Assembly: GCA_041178085.1 (NCBI GenBank)
Contig: JBEGVZ010000085.1
Location: forward strand, 32,001-96,000
Length of the DNA: 64,000 bases
From: Pseudomonadota bacterium
GTDB taxonomy: Bacteria > Bdellovibrionota_B > Oligoflexia > Oligoflexales > RGVZ01
Direction: 5' to 3'
Shown: piece by piece, positions 38,279 to 47,730 of the stretch
Layout of the letters: every line of letters starts with the position of its first letter
How positions within the stretch are numbered: position 1 is the stretch's first letter
Notes under the pieces: model-generated
Databases searched by the model: none
Told to the model about the DNA's origin: nothing
What the model saw: only the letters and a program-made list of their open reading frames with translations
Made by a program: the position numbers and the translations under genes

Positions 38279-39865
38279 TCAAAAGCGGGCGATGCGTGGG
38301 GTACCTGCCGACTTTTCCAGACGCTCGATTTCATGCGAACGACTCTCTGGGATGTCGCGCAAATCCGCTTGACCAGACGTCGCAACAGAGGTTTCCGAGC
38401 CCGGTTTTTTCGCACCGGCAATTTTTTTCTCTGAGATGAAAACCTGGATCTGCACAGTGATCGTCTGGTCTCGTGAGATGCGCACGGGCTGGCTGCTGCG
38501 CCGGCGTTCGCCTTCTGTTGCCGTCGACATAACATAGTGCGCCAGCTGGTATTGGCCGGTCACCAACGGCATGCGCGTGGGCCTCTCTGGATTGATATCG
38601 AGCGTGACCCCGGTCAGTTCCGGATCGTGCGCTTCCACACGCAGAAGGTCCGTGATCTGACCTTTGACATAAACCGGCTTGGGTATGATCTCCAGATAAC
38701 CAAGGTGCAACTCAAGGTCTGACACCCCTTTCGGGATTCGCTTGCGGATGTTTCTTGACCCTTCGACACCGAGGTGAACCTCTTGTTCGAAGAAAAGAAG
38801 CGGCACATCAGTCACGCCTTCGTTGAACGGAAAAGGTTGACCGGGCTGGTAAAGGTGGACCTCAAGGTCACCAAGGCAGTTCCACTCCCAAGGGGAGCAT
38901 CCTTGATCGACCTTGACGCTGCGCGCACGCATCTCCACGCTTTCGCCCTCTTCGAGCTCAACGGTCTGGGGCTGGTTGGAACCGCTCAATCGCAGCCTGG
39001 GCGCACCTGGCAATACAGCATATTGCTCGTTCAGATTGAACCAGTGGCCGTTGTTGACCTCGACAAAGAGCGGTGTCCCCCGGATCTGGGAAGACAAGTC
39101 CAGATCCACCTTGTCGTTGGTCGTGATCTTCAGGAAGGCTGGCCTGATAACTCGTTTTTCACCTTCAACCAGCGTTACTTTCATCTTGGTGCCGTTGACT
39201 TCGACCTCATATTCCCCGGGCAACAGGTACATCCAGTGGCCGAAACTTTGCTGCTCAGTGACCGCTACAAGGTTGGTCGCCGGCGAAACAAAATACTTCA
39301 TGTCCGGGGAGGTGCCGGTGGTCGCCTCGACCTTGAGCGCAGACAGCAAAAAACTGCGCGGTCCCTGCGGGGCAGGGGCTTCATGGTCAAAATCAAGGCT
39401 CAATGGCACCATGCCGACCAGGATGTCGTGACTTTCGCCAATCATGTTCAGGCTGAAGCGGCTGCTAAAAAACTGCCGGGATCTTGTTTTCTCCGCGCGC
39501 TCGCACTGGATCGAGAAGCGGTCCTGTTGGTCTGGCGCCATCGATGGCAGGAAGTTAACCTGGTTGGCAACCAGCTCCTTGGTCTGTCCGGCGTAAACAT
39601 GAACCGACTGGCTGGAACAGTCGGCAAGGACGAGGTACCGCCCCGCAGGCAACTTGATGTCCTCGTTGAATTGCCCGACGTGTTCCGACACAAGTTGCAG
39701 GGGATTGTCTGAAGCGATGCGGTAGATCTCATAAAGGCCGCCCGTGGAGCTGGCGACCCGTAGCACGCCAGACCGGTCGCCAAATCCGCAGCCATTTACC
39801 GACAGGGCTGTGAGGATGCAAGCAGATCCCAGGCCCGCAATTTTCTTAAAATGCGAAGGTGCCAC
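38279..39865 (-). CDS. Hypothetical beta-rich lipoprotein
   Basis: Likely GTG start near 39865; basic then hydrophobic N-terminus ending SVNGC (lipobox-like); repeated LPGxYxV-type strands. Confidence 0.6.
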   Translation of the reverse strand: MAPSHFKKIAGLGSACILTALSVNGCGFGDRSGVLRVASSTGGLYEIYRIASDNPLQLVSEHVGQFNEDIKLPAGRYLVLADCSSQSVHVYAGQTKELVANQVNFLPSMAPDQQDRFSIQCERAEKTRSRQFFSSRFSLNMIGESHDILVGMVPLSLDFDHEAPAPQGPRSFLLSALKVEATTGTSPDMKYFVSPATNLVAVTEQQSFGHWMYLLPGEYEVEVNGTKMKVTLVEGEKRVIRPAFLKITTNDKVDLDLSSQIRGTPLFVEVNNGHWFNLNEQYAVLPGAPRLRLSGSNQPQTVELEEGESVEMRARSVKVDQGCSPWEWNCLGDLEVHLYQPGQPFPFNEGVTDVPLLFFEQEVHLGVEGSRNIRKRIPKGVSDLELHLGYLEIIPKPVYVKGQITDLLRVEAHDPELTGVTLDINPERPTRMPLVTGQYQLAHYVMSTATEGERRRSSQPVRISRDQTITVQIQVFISEKKIAGAKKPGSETSVATSGQADLRDIPESRSHEIERLEKSAGTPRIARF

Positions 39866-40664
39866 CAACACCGATTTGCACCAGCTGGAAACCACCGAAG
39901 CTTGTGTAGACTTTGGGACCAACGGAGATTTTGGGTGCAATTTCCCAGTCAGCGCCCGCGTGAAGCGCCACAATGCCACCATTGGCTTCTGCAGATTTGG
40001 GTGTTTCGAATTCATCAGTCGGCTCAAGATACACGAAAACTAATCCGGCTTCCACACCGGCGATAGCCGTCATTCCCTTGGCCCACGGGGTTTTCAGCCT
40101 GCCTTCCACGCCGCCTAAATAACCCTCCCAGACGCCGCGGAAAGGCAATCCATCCAAGGTTCCGGCCACCGCTACCGGACTGTAGCGGAAAGTGCCCTTG
40201 AACTTCAGGTTTTTACTTTTTCTCAGGCCGATCGTCTCGTTAGGGATGTTGCAATTGACGAACAGGTCCGAGCTACCCTGCCGACCGGAGCCTGATGAGT
40301 TCCAGCTGGAGCCTGGGCGGCTTGCCCACACAAAGTGGACAGCTGTACCGATTTCGATATTGTCCGTGAAGAAGCGCTCCGCCCGGCTCGGCGGTTCAGG
40401 CGCAGGTTTTTCCTCAACGGGCTCGCCTTGCGGTTCCTTGTGGGCCTCGCTGTTCTGGGGGGCGGGGCTGGGCGCCGGCGTCACCTTGGGGCCGAGGCCA
40501 TCCACTGCGGGAGCCGCAGGTGCTTCAGCGTTTTTGTCCGCGGCTTCGATTTCCGCGGCTTTGGGCGAAGGCTTGATTTCGTCAAGTCCCTTGGCCAGAG
40601 CCTGGGTCCCCGCTTGAGCCAGCGCGACAGCTAAGATGATAGGTGAAAATCTTAATCTTTTCAT
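39846..40664 (-). CDS. Hypothetical outer-membrane beta-barrel with Pro/Ala/Glu-rich N-terminal linker
   Basis: Signal peptide MKRLRF..QALA; C-terminal IGVGGTFAF. Confidence 0.65.
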   Translation of the reverse strand: MKRLRFSPIILAVALAQAGTQALAKGLDEIKPSPKAAEIEAADKNAEAPAAPAVDGLGPKVTPAPSPAPQNSEAHKEPQGEPVEEKPAPEPPSRAERFFTDNIEIGTAVHFVWASRPGSSWNSSGSGRQGSSDLFVNCNIPNETIGLRKSKNLKFKGTFRYSPVAVAGTLDGLPFRGVWEGYLGGVEGRLKTPWAKGMTAIAGVEAGLVFVYLEPTDEFETPKSAEANGGIVALHAGADWEIAPKISVGPKVYTSFGGFQLVQIGVGGTFAF

Positions 40665-40678
40665 CGAGTTGCCCCCGG

Positions 40679-41782
40679 TCACAGCAACAAGTTGAGGTGC
40701 ATGGCATAGCGGCGGTCAGTCAGCAATTCATCCTGCCCGGCAGCGGTACCAAGTTGTTCGGCATAAGAGGCAACCCGAAGCCTGAGCAGCATCAAGTCCA
40801 GCTGCAAGCCTGCGGTCCACTCCCCTTGATGCAGTCCGCCCTGGACCTTGAGGAACTTGCCAAGTCCGTATTCGGTCCCAAAATTGACTTTCTTGCTGTA
40901 GTGGACGGGTCGATTGATGGCCGTAACGTCCGCATTCAGCGTCACATACTGGTTGTCGGTTTTGAACGGCTTGTAGCTGATGCCTGTATTGACTGATGGC
41001 AGGCGGGTATCCGGTGCTCCAAGTGCCTCCCCCTCTCCCACTTTGGTCTTGGTGAAGGGTGTACCGCCGAAATCAAGGACACTCAGGCCGAAAGTGAAGG
41101 GCACAGAGGGGTCGGGACGGAACAGCAATCCGAGGTCGACCCCCTGCCCGTATCCGCCTGTTACGTAGTCCTCCAGCCCGCCTTGCCCCTTTTGGCCGTT
41201 GGTCAATGTATCGATGCTGTCGATGTCAAATGATTCGTCGACTCCGCCCTGCGCCAGAATTTTGTAGTTGAAGCCGAGAGCGAGCCGCTCGCGGAAAAAA
41301 CTGGTCGCGTAGCCGATTGGAAGCGTTAACCTCGGCCCGGCTTTGACGTCGAATGTGATGTCGTTGTGGAAGGTCACCTTGGCTAGAAAATCCAAGGCCA
41401 GCGCAAAGCCAAAGTGCGGGGCGACAAAATACGGCTCGATCCCAAAGACTGCGCCAAGCGGTTTGCCGCCTTGACTCTTGATCAGCTGAATTGACGCCTT
41501 TGTGCTCCCCGAACCTGCTTTGACCAGGTCCTGCACGTCTGACACGGCCGCCAAGGTGTTCTCAGACACCTCGCCGCGCAGGGAGACGACCTCGAAGGTC
41601 CAGTCGTCCAGCCAAGCCAGTCCGGCTGGGTTGTAGTAGAGGGCGTTGAAATCATCCGCCTGGCCGACGAAGGCGTTGCCCATTCCGAGTGGACGCACAC
41701 CGAAGTGTGTCCAGTCAAGCTCGGACGCCATTGCCAAGCCCGATGAAGCAAGACAGGCCATGGCGAGCGCTTTCATGCGCAT
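40679..41782 (-). CDS. Outer-membrane barrel of the FadL/PorV/TraF-like group
   Basis: Signal peptide; RPLGMGNAFVGQADDFNALYYNPAGLA hatch motif; GGAGG RBS. Confidence 0.75.
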   Translation of the reverse strand: MRMKALAMACLASSGLAMASELDWTHFGVRPLGMGNAFVGQADDFNALYYNPAGLAWLDDWTFEVVSLRGEVSENTLAAVSDVQDLVKAGSGSTKASIQLIKSQGGKPLGAVFGIEPYFVAPHFGFALALDFLAKVTFHNDITFDVKAGPRLTLPIGYATSFFRERLALGFNYKILAQGGVDESFDIDSIDTLTNGQKGQGGLEDYVTGGYGQGVDLGLLFRPDPSVPFTFGLSVLDFGGTPFTKTKVGEGEALGAPDTRLPSVNTGISYKPFKTDNQYVTLNADVTAINRPVHYSKKVNFGTEYGLGKFLKVQGGLHQGEWTAGLQLDLMLLRLRVASYAEQLGTAAGQDELLTDRRYAMHLNLLL

Positions 41783-41907
41783 CTCGAACCCTCCCTGATG
41801 TATGGACTAGGGGAGCCTACCACAACTGATATGACTTGCGAACGGGCCGATATTGCTGGAAGAAGTTTTCAGGTGATAGGATCTAGCCACCAGACGGAGT
41901 TTTGAAG

Positions 41908-42507
41908 ATGTCCAAAGCCGACGTAGCCGCAGAGCGCAAGGACCAGATCGTCCGTGCGACGGTGGATTGCATTTCCCGCCACGGATACCACAACTTTTCC
42001 ATGCAGGATGTCGCCCGCACGGCCGGGGTCAGCAAGGGCATCATCCATTATTATTTCCTGAACAAGGATGAGCTCATGATGTCGGTCCTGGACAAGGTGG
42101 CCGGCGACATTGAGCAGGTTCTTCAATCCGACATGGCGACGATTGAGGATCCAGTGCAGAAGATGGAAATCTTCGTCAACGTCTGCTTTGACGTGGTCCG
42201 CAGCACGCGGGAATACTATCAGGTCAACATGGACTTCTGGACCCAGATTAACCAGAAGGAAGAGGTTCGCGCCGTGATCGCGCGTCATTATGCGAAATTT
42301 CGCGAGACGGCAGCGGCTGTGGTCCGTCAAGGCGTAGCGTCGGGCAAGTTCCGCAAGGTTGACCCCTTGCAGTATGGTTCCTACGTGATTGCTGTCATCG
42401 ACGGATTGAGCTTGCAATGGTTGTTCGACGACAAGGTCTTTGATTACGACGCCATGGTCAAGGTTGCCAGCCGCTTGATCATTGAGGGGCTTGCGCCGCG
42501 GGGATGA
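41908..42507 (+). CDS. TetR/AcrR family transcriptional regulator
   Basis: RKDQIVRA..GYHNFSMQDVARTAGVSKGIIHYYFLNKDEL; BetI-type C-terminus (VIDGLSLQW). Confidence 0.95.
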   Translation: MSKADVAAERKDQIVRATVDCISRHGYHNFSMQDVARTAGVSKGIIHYYFLNKDELMMSVLDKVAGDIEQVLQSDMATIEDPVQKMEIFVNVCFDVVRSTREYYQVNMDFWTQINQKEEVRAVIARHYAKFRETAAAVVRQGVASGKFRKVDPLQYGSYVIAVIDGLSLQWLFDDKVFDYDAMVKVASRLIIEGLAPRG

Positions 42508-42515
42508 GGTGAGAC

Positions 42516-43604
42516 TTGCTCGAAGCAGTGTCAAGGATTTCCGCGGGCGGAAAGCTTTCGCCTTCAGAGGAAGCAGCGGTCCTTGCCGAGCTCGAGGCTA
42601 ACGAGTGCTGGCAACCATTGCTGCGGCATCTTGATGGGCGTATCGCAAGGGGCGGTGATGGACTGGATCAGTCTTACATCCTCGCCATCCGCATCCGTCT
42701 TCAGTATTTCAAGGACACAACCGCAGCACAGGCCCTGGCTTCGGACTTGATCCGTCGCTGCGGCCTCACCTTCAGGCAATTCCGTGAGCGTCTTTTGAGC
42801 GATGATGTCATCCAGTCAGCCGGACCGGAGGTTGAGGCGTCCTTGATCGAGGCTGCGGTCGGTGCCTTTGATCTGGTCGGCGAGAAGGTCGCGGCCTTGG
42901 AGAGATTGGCTACGGTATTCGAAAAGCGTCTCTTTCACGATCAGAACCTGTTCCTGGTTTTCGAACGCCTCACACAGCTTGATCCAGACAACTTGAAGGC
43001 CCTGCGTTACTTCAAGATGGTTTTTTCACAGAACAACGAATGGCAGCAGGTTGCACGGATCCTGCGGCGCATGATCGAAGTCGTCCCGGGACGTCATGAA
43101 AAATACAGGCTGGCGCACGACTTGGCCTGCGCCCTTGTTTACCATTTGAATCAGCCGCGTGACGCACTGGTGATTCTTGAGCGCTATTGTCGCGAGAGCC
43201 CGTTGGATGTCTCCCAGGTTGAATATGATGCGGCATTTCGCACGGGGGACCTCAAACGTTGCATTCAGGTTTTGCATACAGCCCAGAGAAGCGTCCGTGA
43301 TGACGCGGGGCGTGCGGTCATACAACTCAGGATGGCAGAGCTTCACCGGCGTACTGGTGATTTCCAGTCCATGGAGCGGTGCCTCGAAGAATCCATAGAA
43401 GCTTGGCCGGTATTTCTGGATCCGTTTGAACCCCTCATTCAACTACACTTGAATAGCGGCAGGTGGGACAAGGTCATCCAGCTTCTCAACAATCTTGCCC
43501 AAAGGGTGCAGGACAAGGAGCTGGTCGCGCAAATCAGGGAGACTGTCCGACGCGTTGAATCTGGTTTGAATGACCGTGAGTCAACCCACAAAAAAAACCG
43601 TTGA
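42516..43604 (+). CDS. Tetratricopeptide-repeat protein
   Basis: All-helical repeats (LTQLDPDNLKAL, SIEAWPVFLDPFEPL); 8 bp after tetR. Confidence 0.7.
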   Translation: MLEAVSRISAGGKLSPSEEAAVLAELEANECWQPLLRHLDGRIARGGDGLDQSYILAIRIRLQYFKDTTAAQALASDLIRRCGLTFRQFRERLLSDDVIQSAGPEVEASLIEAAVGAFDLVGEKVAALERLATVFEKRLFHDQNLFLVFERLTQLDPDNLKALRYFKMVFSQNNEWQQVARILRRMIEVVPGRHEKYRLAHDLACALVYHLNQPRDALVILERYCRESPLDVSQVEYDAAFRTGDLKRCIQVLHTAQRSVRDDAGRAVIQLRMAELHRRTGDFQSMERCLEESIEAWPVFLDPFEPLIQLHLNSGRWDKVIQLLNNLAQRVQDKELVAQIRETVRRVESGLNDRESTHKKNR

Positions 43605-43625
43605 GCGGCAAGGTACAGGGCAAAG

Positions 43626-44645
43626 ATGGCAATCCATCCGGCGACGAAATCATTTGGACTCAGGGAGCATCTGTCCCGGGTGCTCGCCCCCGACCGGTCC
43701 AGTCGATGGCTTGGTCACAGGTTCGAGGAGTCGCTGGTAAAACAGGCGGTTGGTCAGGTTCTTGCCGGTGGAAATGGAACGATGCCCGGAAGGGTTGTGG
43801 TCATGGCATCTTCCCCCGAGCTGGAGGCGATCACGCGCAGCGGACTTTGTGGTATGTTGGCATCCGCCTTCATGGGCAGCCTTGAACTACGGGAACTTGC
43901 CTATCCCGTGATGCGTGAATTTCTCGAACAGACGTCAGACAATGCGCCGGTCATGGTCATCGCCATCGGAACTGAAAAGCGTCCGCTTGGCTGGCCGCTG
44001 CCAGATTTTGGCAAGTGGCTTCCTGCGGGGTTTTTATCGAAACCTGATCAGGATGTCCCTGGTTACTTGCGCTTCGATTCGTCTGGCCATTGGCTGCGCA
44101 TGGACCGCAAGGGTAACGCAACCGTCCTTGAGGCTCGTCCCTTACCCAACGCGGCAGAGGACAAGGTGAATCCCCAGGGAAACCGCAAGAATGATTCCGG
44201 CAAGAGCGTTGCGGGGGCTTTTGATTTCAGCTGGGGAATCTGGGCAGGGCAAGTCATGCCCGCAAAGACTCCGGTGGCTGCGCACGCAGAAGAAAAAAGG
44301 ATCGTGTGCCAGGCGATGTCGCTCGGTTCAGGGTCGGCTGCAAGGGTGGTCCTCCCGGCTGCGACCCGTGAACGGCTGTCCGAATTTCTTGCGGGAGAAG
44401 GTGCGGTTTATATCAGTTCGCCGACGCTCGAATGCAGCGAATGGTTACTTGCCGAGGGCGGACACCAATCGGGTCAGGACCAGCGTTTCCATTTCGTGGA
44501 GCAAAGCCACGGCTGGGGGCCCGCTTTTTCGTTGCTGCGCTTCTACTGTGATGCACGTCCAGGTGACCGCATGATTGTGCTCAGGGACTTGACCGCGATC
44601 GACCTGATTGCCGCGGCGCCGCTTCGGCAGGGTAATGTGTCATGA
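43626..44645 (+). CDS. Degenerate thiolase (FadI/FadA)-like protein
   Basis: By-eye similarity to thiolase N-terminal elements (GLR, LVKQAVGQVLA, PELEAITR, IAIGTE). Catalytic Cys, GHP and CxG motifs not recognisable. Confidence 0.45.
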   Translation: MAIHPATKSFGLREHLSRVLAPDRSSRWLGHRFEESLVKQAVGQVLAGGNGTMPGRVVVMASSPELEAITRSGLCGMLASAFMGSLELRELAYPVMREFLEQTSDNAPVMVIAIGTEKRPLGWPLPDFGKWLPAGFLSKPDQDVPGYLRFDSSGHWLRMDRKGNATVLEARPLPNAAEDKVNPQGNRKNDSGKSVAGAFDFSWGIWAGQVMPAKTPVAAHAEEKRIVCQAMSLGSGSAARVVLPAATRERLSEFLAGEGAVYISSPTLECSEWLLAEGGHQSGQDQRFHFVEQSHGWGPAFSLLRFYCDARPGDRMIVLRDLTAIDLIAAAPLRQGNVS

Positions 44646-46663
44646 GGGTCACGACCCAGGACATCGCTGGAATTTCCACCATTCTGCTGGATTTCAGCGA
44701 GATCGACATTGCCGGCGTCGACCGCGGCGATTCCGCGGCCATCGCGCTTTTGGTTTCTTTTCTGGACAGGGTGCGTATCGCCATCGACGGATTCGTGCCG
44801 CTGCCTGCCCAAAGCAAGCCACTCGTCATGGCCCTTGGTTTTTCTGCTTCGGGCCTTGCGCCAACGACCGGGACATCGCCAGGGGCAGCCCAATCCCGGG
44901 AGTGGTTGCTCGACGAACTGGTAGAGGCACGTCAAACTTTACGGGAAGCGATCTTTCACTCAGGTCTTTGGCGGGTGCCTTCCCTCTACCTTGGCTACTC
45001 AGATGCGACGAGCCCGGTCATCGAAATCATGAACCTTTTTCAGATGCGACTCTGGTTGAACGACCGGACATTTTTCTACGGTATGCCCGGACACTGGTGC
45101 CATGACCTTTTCCACAACGATCCGTTTTTTGGTGCCTCCGGTGTGCGTGCTCCCCATGGACACGGCTGGCGCCTTTCCGTTGAGGCAGCACAAAAAACCG
45201 GCATGATTGATGGCAATCTCGTTATTCCTGATTTTATCGCAAACCCGCGGACACATTTGCCTGCTCTCACGGCTCGATTTGCTCAGGTCCTTCTTGACCG
45301 TGAGCGATCCGCAGCGGGCGAGTGGAAGTCCCTCTGTGAGCGGACGTTCCGTAGTAGCCTTGAAACGGCGAAAAAGCGGTTCTCCAGGATTGCGACCGAC
45401 AGCGCTCGCTCTTTGCATCAGGCTCTGGTCAAGGAAGATCTAGTCGCATCCGAGATTGAGTTTGCTCGCGCCTGGTTTTGCCTGAACGGGGAAAGGGACA
45501 AATCTGTCCGGTCGAAGTCCAGACAGACAAAGCCTGTCCCAGTGTATAGCCCCCAGATGTTTGGTGTCTTTCTTGACCTTGCGCAGGAGGTGATGCCGGC
45601 AGAATTGCTCACGGCGATTGCCGCGCGCAAGGGTATGGTGTTCGTATCGTCCAGTGATTCCTCAATTTTCTCGGCTCGGATTACGCAGCAGCGTCAAATG
45701 CTGGCTACCCTGCTTGGCAGCAGCAATGCCCAGGTTTTCTGGGAACGCAATGTCATCCCTTTGGCCGGCGGTCCCCACGTGATTGGCGATAGTCCATCCC
45801 TTCCGGTTATAAAGCCCCGCCAGCCAGCAACGCGGGGTGTCATTGAGTGGAGCATTTCTGTTCCTGGCGAAGGGAGCTTTGACCTTGCTTGCCTTCCTCG
45901 TCTGGTGGCCAGGGCAAGGTCCGATGAATCGTTTTCTGGCATGGTGATTGGGGAGCTCACTGGCAGTGAAGGTCGTTTGCTGCGGGATTCAGAACAGTTC
46001 GAACATTTTCCCGAGCTTTTGTCGCTTCTCCGCAGCTTGATGGACGGTGTTTTGCTCCAGCCCACCATCCGGCCCATACACATCCGCGATCTGTTCCAGA
46101 CGCTACTTTCGGGTTATTTGAACAGCCTTGGAAACGACCTCGACGCATCCTGGCAAATACTGTCCGAGGCAGGTTGGTCCCTCGATGACTCAGCCCACGT
46201 CCGTAAGAGAATGGAGGAAACCCTTTCTCTTCGCGCGTCCCCACGTGTTGGCAAGGACCGGCAAGCCTCTGTGTTTGTCACGCAAATCGCGTGGGCAATG
46301 CTGTCGGTTTTGCAGGAGAAAATCGCCCGTAATGGCGTGGCCCGTGAGCTGGTACGTGATATTTCCGGGGCTCCCTGTACGACTCTAGTCGGTATTGAGG
46401 GGGACGAGGCTGCGCCTGTGGCCTATGTCTCGCGCATGGGGGCAAACCCTGTAGATGATGTCTATGTGAGTTTTGTGCCTTGGCCGGCCTCGGAACGCTG
46501 GCATGGAAAGCCTGGACGCCAGTTGGAGTACCCGGTTGGCGTAACTGCGAGAAATTTTGCCCTGAAACATCAAATCCGGCAATTTGTGTCGGATTTGACA
46601 CCATCCGCTGGCTGGGACGTGGAAAATTTGCCACTTCTCCTATCAATACTGCCGCAAGGGTAG
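44642..46663 (+). CDS. Degenerate FadJ/FadB-like (enoyl-CoA hydratase plus 3-hydroxyacyl-CoA dehydrogenase fold) protein
   Basis: Colinear by-eye matches to FadJ along the whole length: [59 protein letters not shown]. ATGA overlap with the preceding gene. Confidence 0.6.
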   Translation: [673 protein letters not shown]

Positions 46664-46815
46664 CCTGCGAAATGATTTGCCCGGCCAGCAGAAAAGCTTT
46701 AATCCCGGTGGGTTGAGTTGGATGCTTGGTCATCCCGCGGTCAACGGCTGAATCCGGCACATTTTCTGCAGTCTATTTTCTGTCGCGCCGGCTCCAACAA
46801 AAGTCAGGTGGTAGC

Positions 46816-47730
46816 ATGTTTGCTGATGTCCCTGAAATTTCTGTTGCGGAAGAAGCAAAATCGCCCCGTTTCGGGCGTTCGCACCAGTCCACCTTGCGCG
46901 GACCAGTTGAATTCAGTGGCGTAGGCCTGCACAGCGGAGTTCATGCCCGGCTGGTGGTGCTTCCTGCGCCCGCGGATCACGGAATTGTTTTTGTGCGTCG
47001 GGACAGCGCGGCGGCTTCCCCGGTGGCAGCCCGTTGGGACCAGGTGTCAATTACGGAACTTTCCACATCGATCGGCGACGGTTCGTCACGGGTATCGACG
47101 ATCGAGCATCTGATGGCTGCGTTCAGTGGCCTTGGCATAGACAACGCAATGGTGGAAATCACCGGCCCAGAGGTTCCCATCCTTGATGGCAGCTCAATGG
47201 CTTTCGTTGCGCACATGCTTGAGGCAGGGATTGATGAGCAGGCCGCTCGACGTTCATGCCTGCAGGTGATCAAGCCGTTCCTGTATGAGGAGTCGGGCAA
47301 GGCGGTTAAAATTGAGCCTGCCCCACAGATCGAATTTCGTTGCACGATCAGTTTTCCTGATCCTGTCATCGGCCGTCAAACCATCTATTACCGTCATTCC
47401 GACCGTTCTTTCCTGGAGCTCGCTTCAGCCCGCACGTTTTGTCACTACCGGGACGTAGAGACAATGCGCCGGGCTGGGCTGGCTCTTGGTGGTTCTCTGG
47501 ATAACGCAGTTGTGGTGACGGATGAAGGAGTCATGAATCCGGGTGGACTGAAGGGTGGCGATGAATTCGTCCGTCACAAGCTACTCGATGCGATCGGTGA
47601 CTTGTCCTTGACGGTAGCGCCTCTGGCTGGCCGGATCACGCTCTACAAGTCAGGTCACGGTGTTCATGCCCGGTTTATGCGGGAGTTGATGACCCGGCGC
47701 CGGGACTGCCTTGAACTCGTTTCCCTGTGA
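46816..47730 (+). CDS. lpxC: UDP-3-O-acyl-N-acetylglucosamine deacetylase
   Basis: GVGLHSG, STIEHLMAA, EVPILDGS, ARTF, GGSLDNA, RHKLLDAIGDL, KSGH. Confidence 0.96.
   Translation: MFADVPEISVAEEAKSPRFGRSHQSTLRGPVEFSGVGLHSGVHARLVVLPAPADHGIVFVRRDSAAASPVAARWDQVSITELSTSIGDGSSRVSTIEHLMAAFSGLGIDNAMVEITGPEVPILDGSSMAFVAHMLEAGIDEQAARRSCLQVIKPFLYEESGKAVKIEPAPQIEFRCTISFPDPVIGRQTIYYRHSDRSFLELASARTFCHYRDVETMRRAGLALGGSLDNAVVVTDEGVMNPGGLKGGDEFVRHKLLDAIGDLSLTVAPLAGRITLYKSGHGVHARFMRELMTRRRDCLELVSL

Noticed and set aside
38100..38280. Replication origin suggested by the DnaA boxes
   Set aside because: Only two perfect boxes, no clear AT-rich unwinding element and no dnaA/dnaN/gidA nearby; regulation of nrdJ explains them better.
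40679..41782. Conjugative element implied by a TraF-like barrel
   Set aside because: No relaxase, VirB4, coupling protein or integrase; flanked by chromosomal genes.
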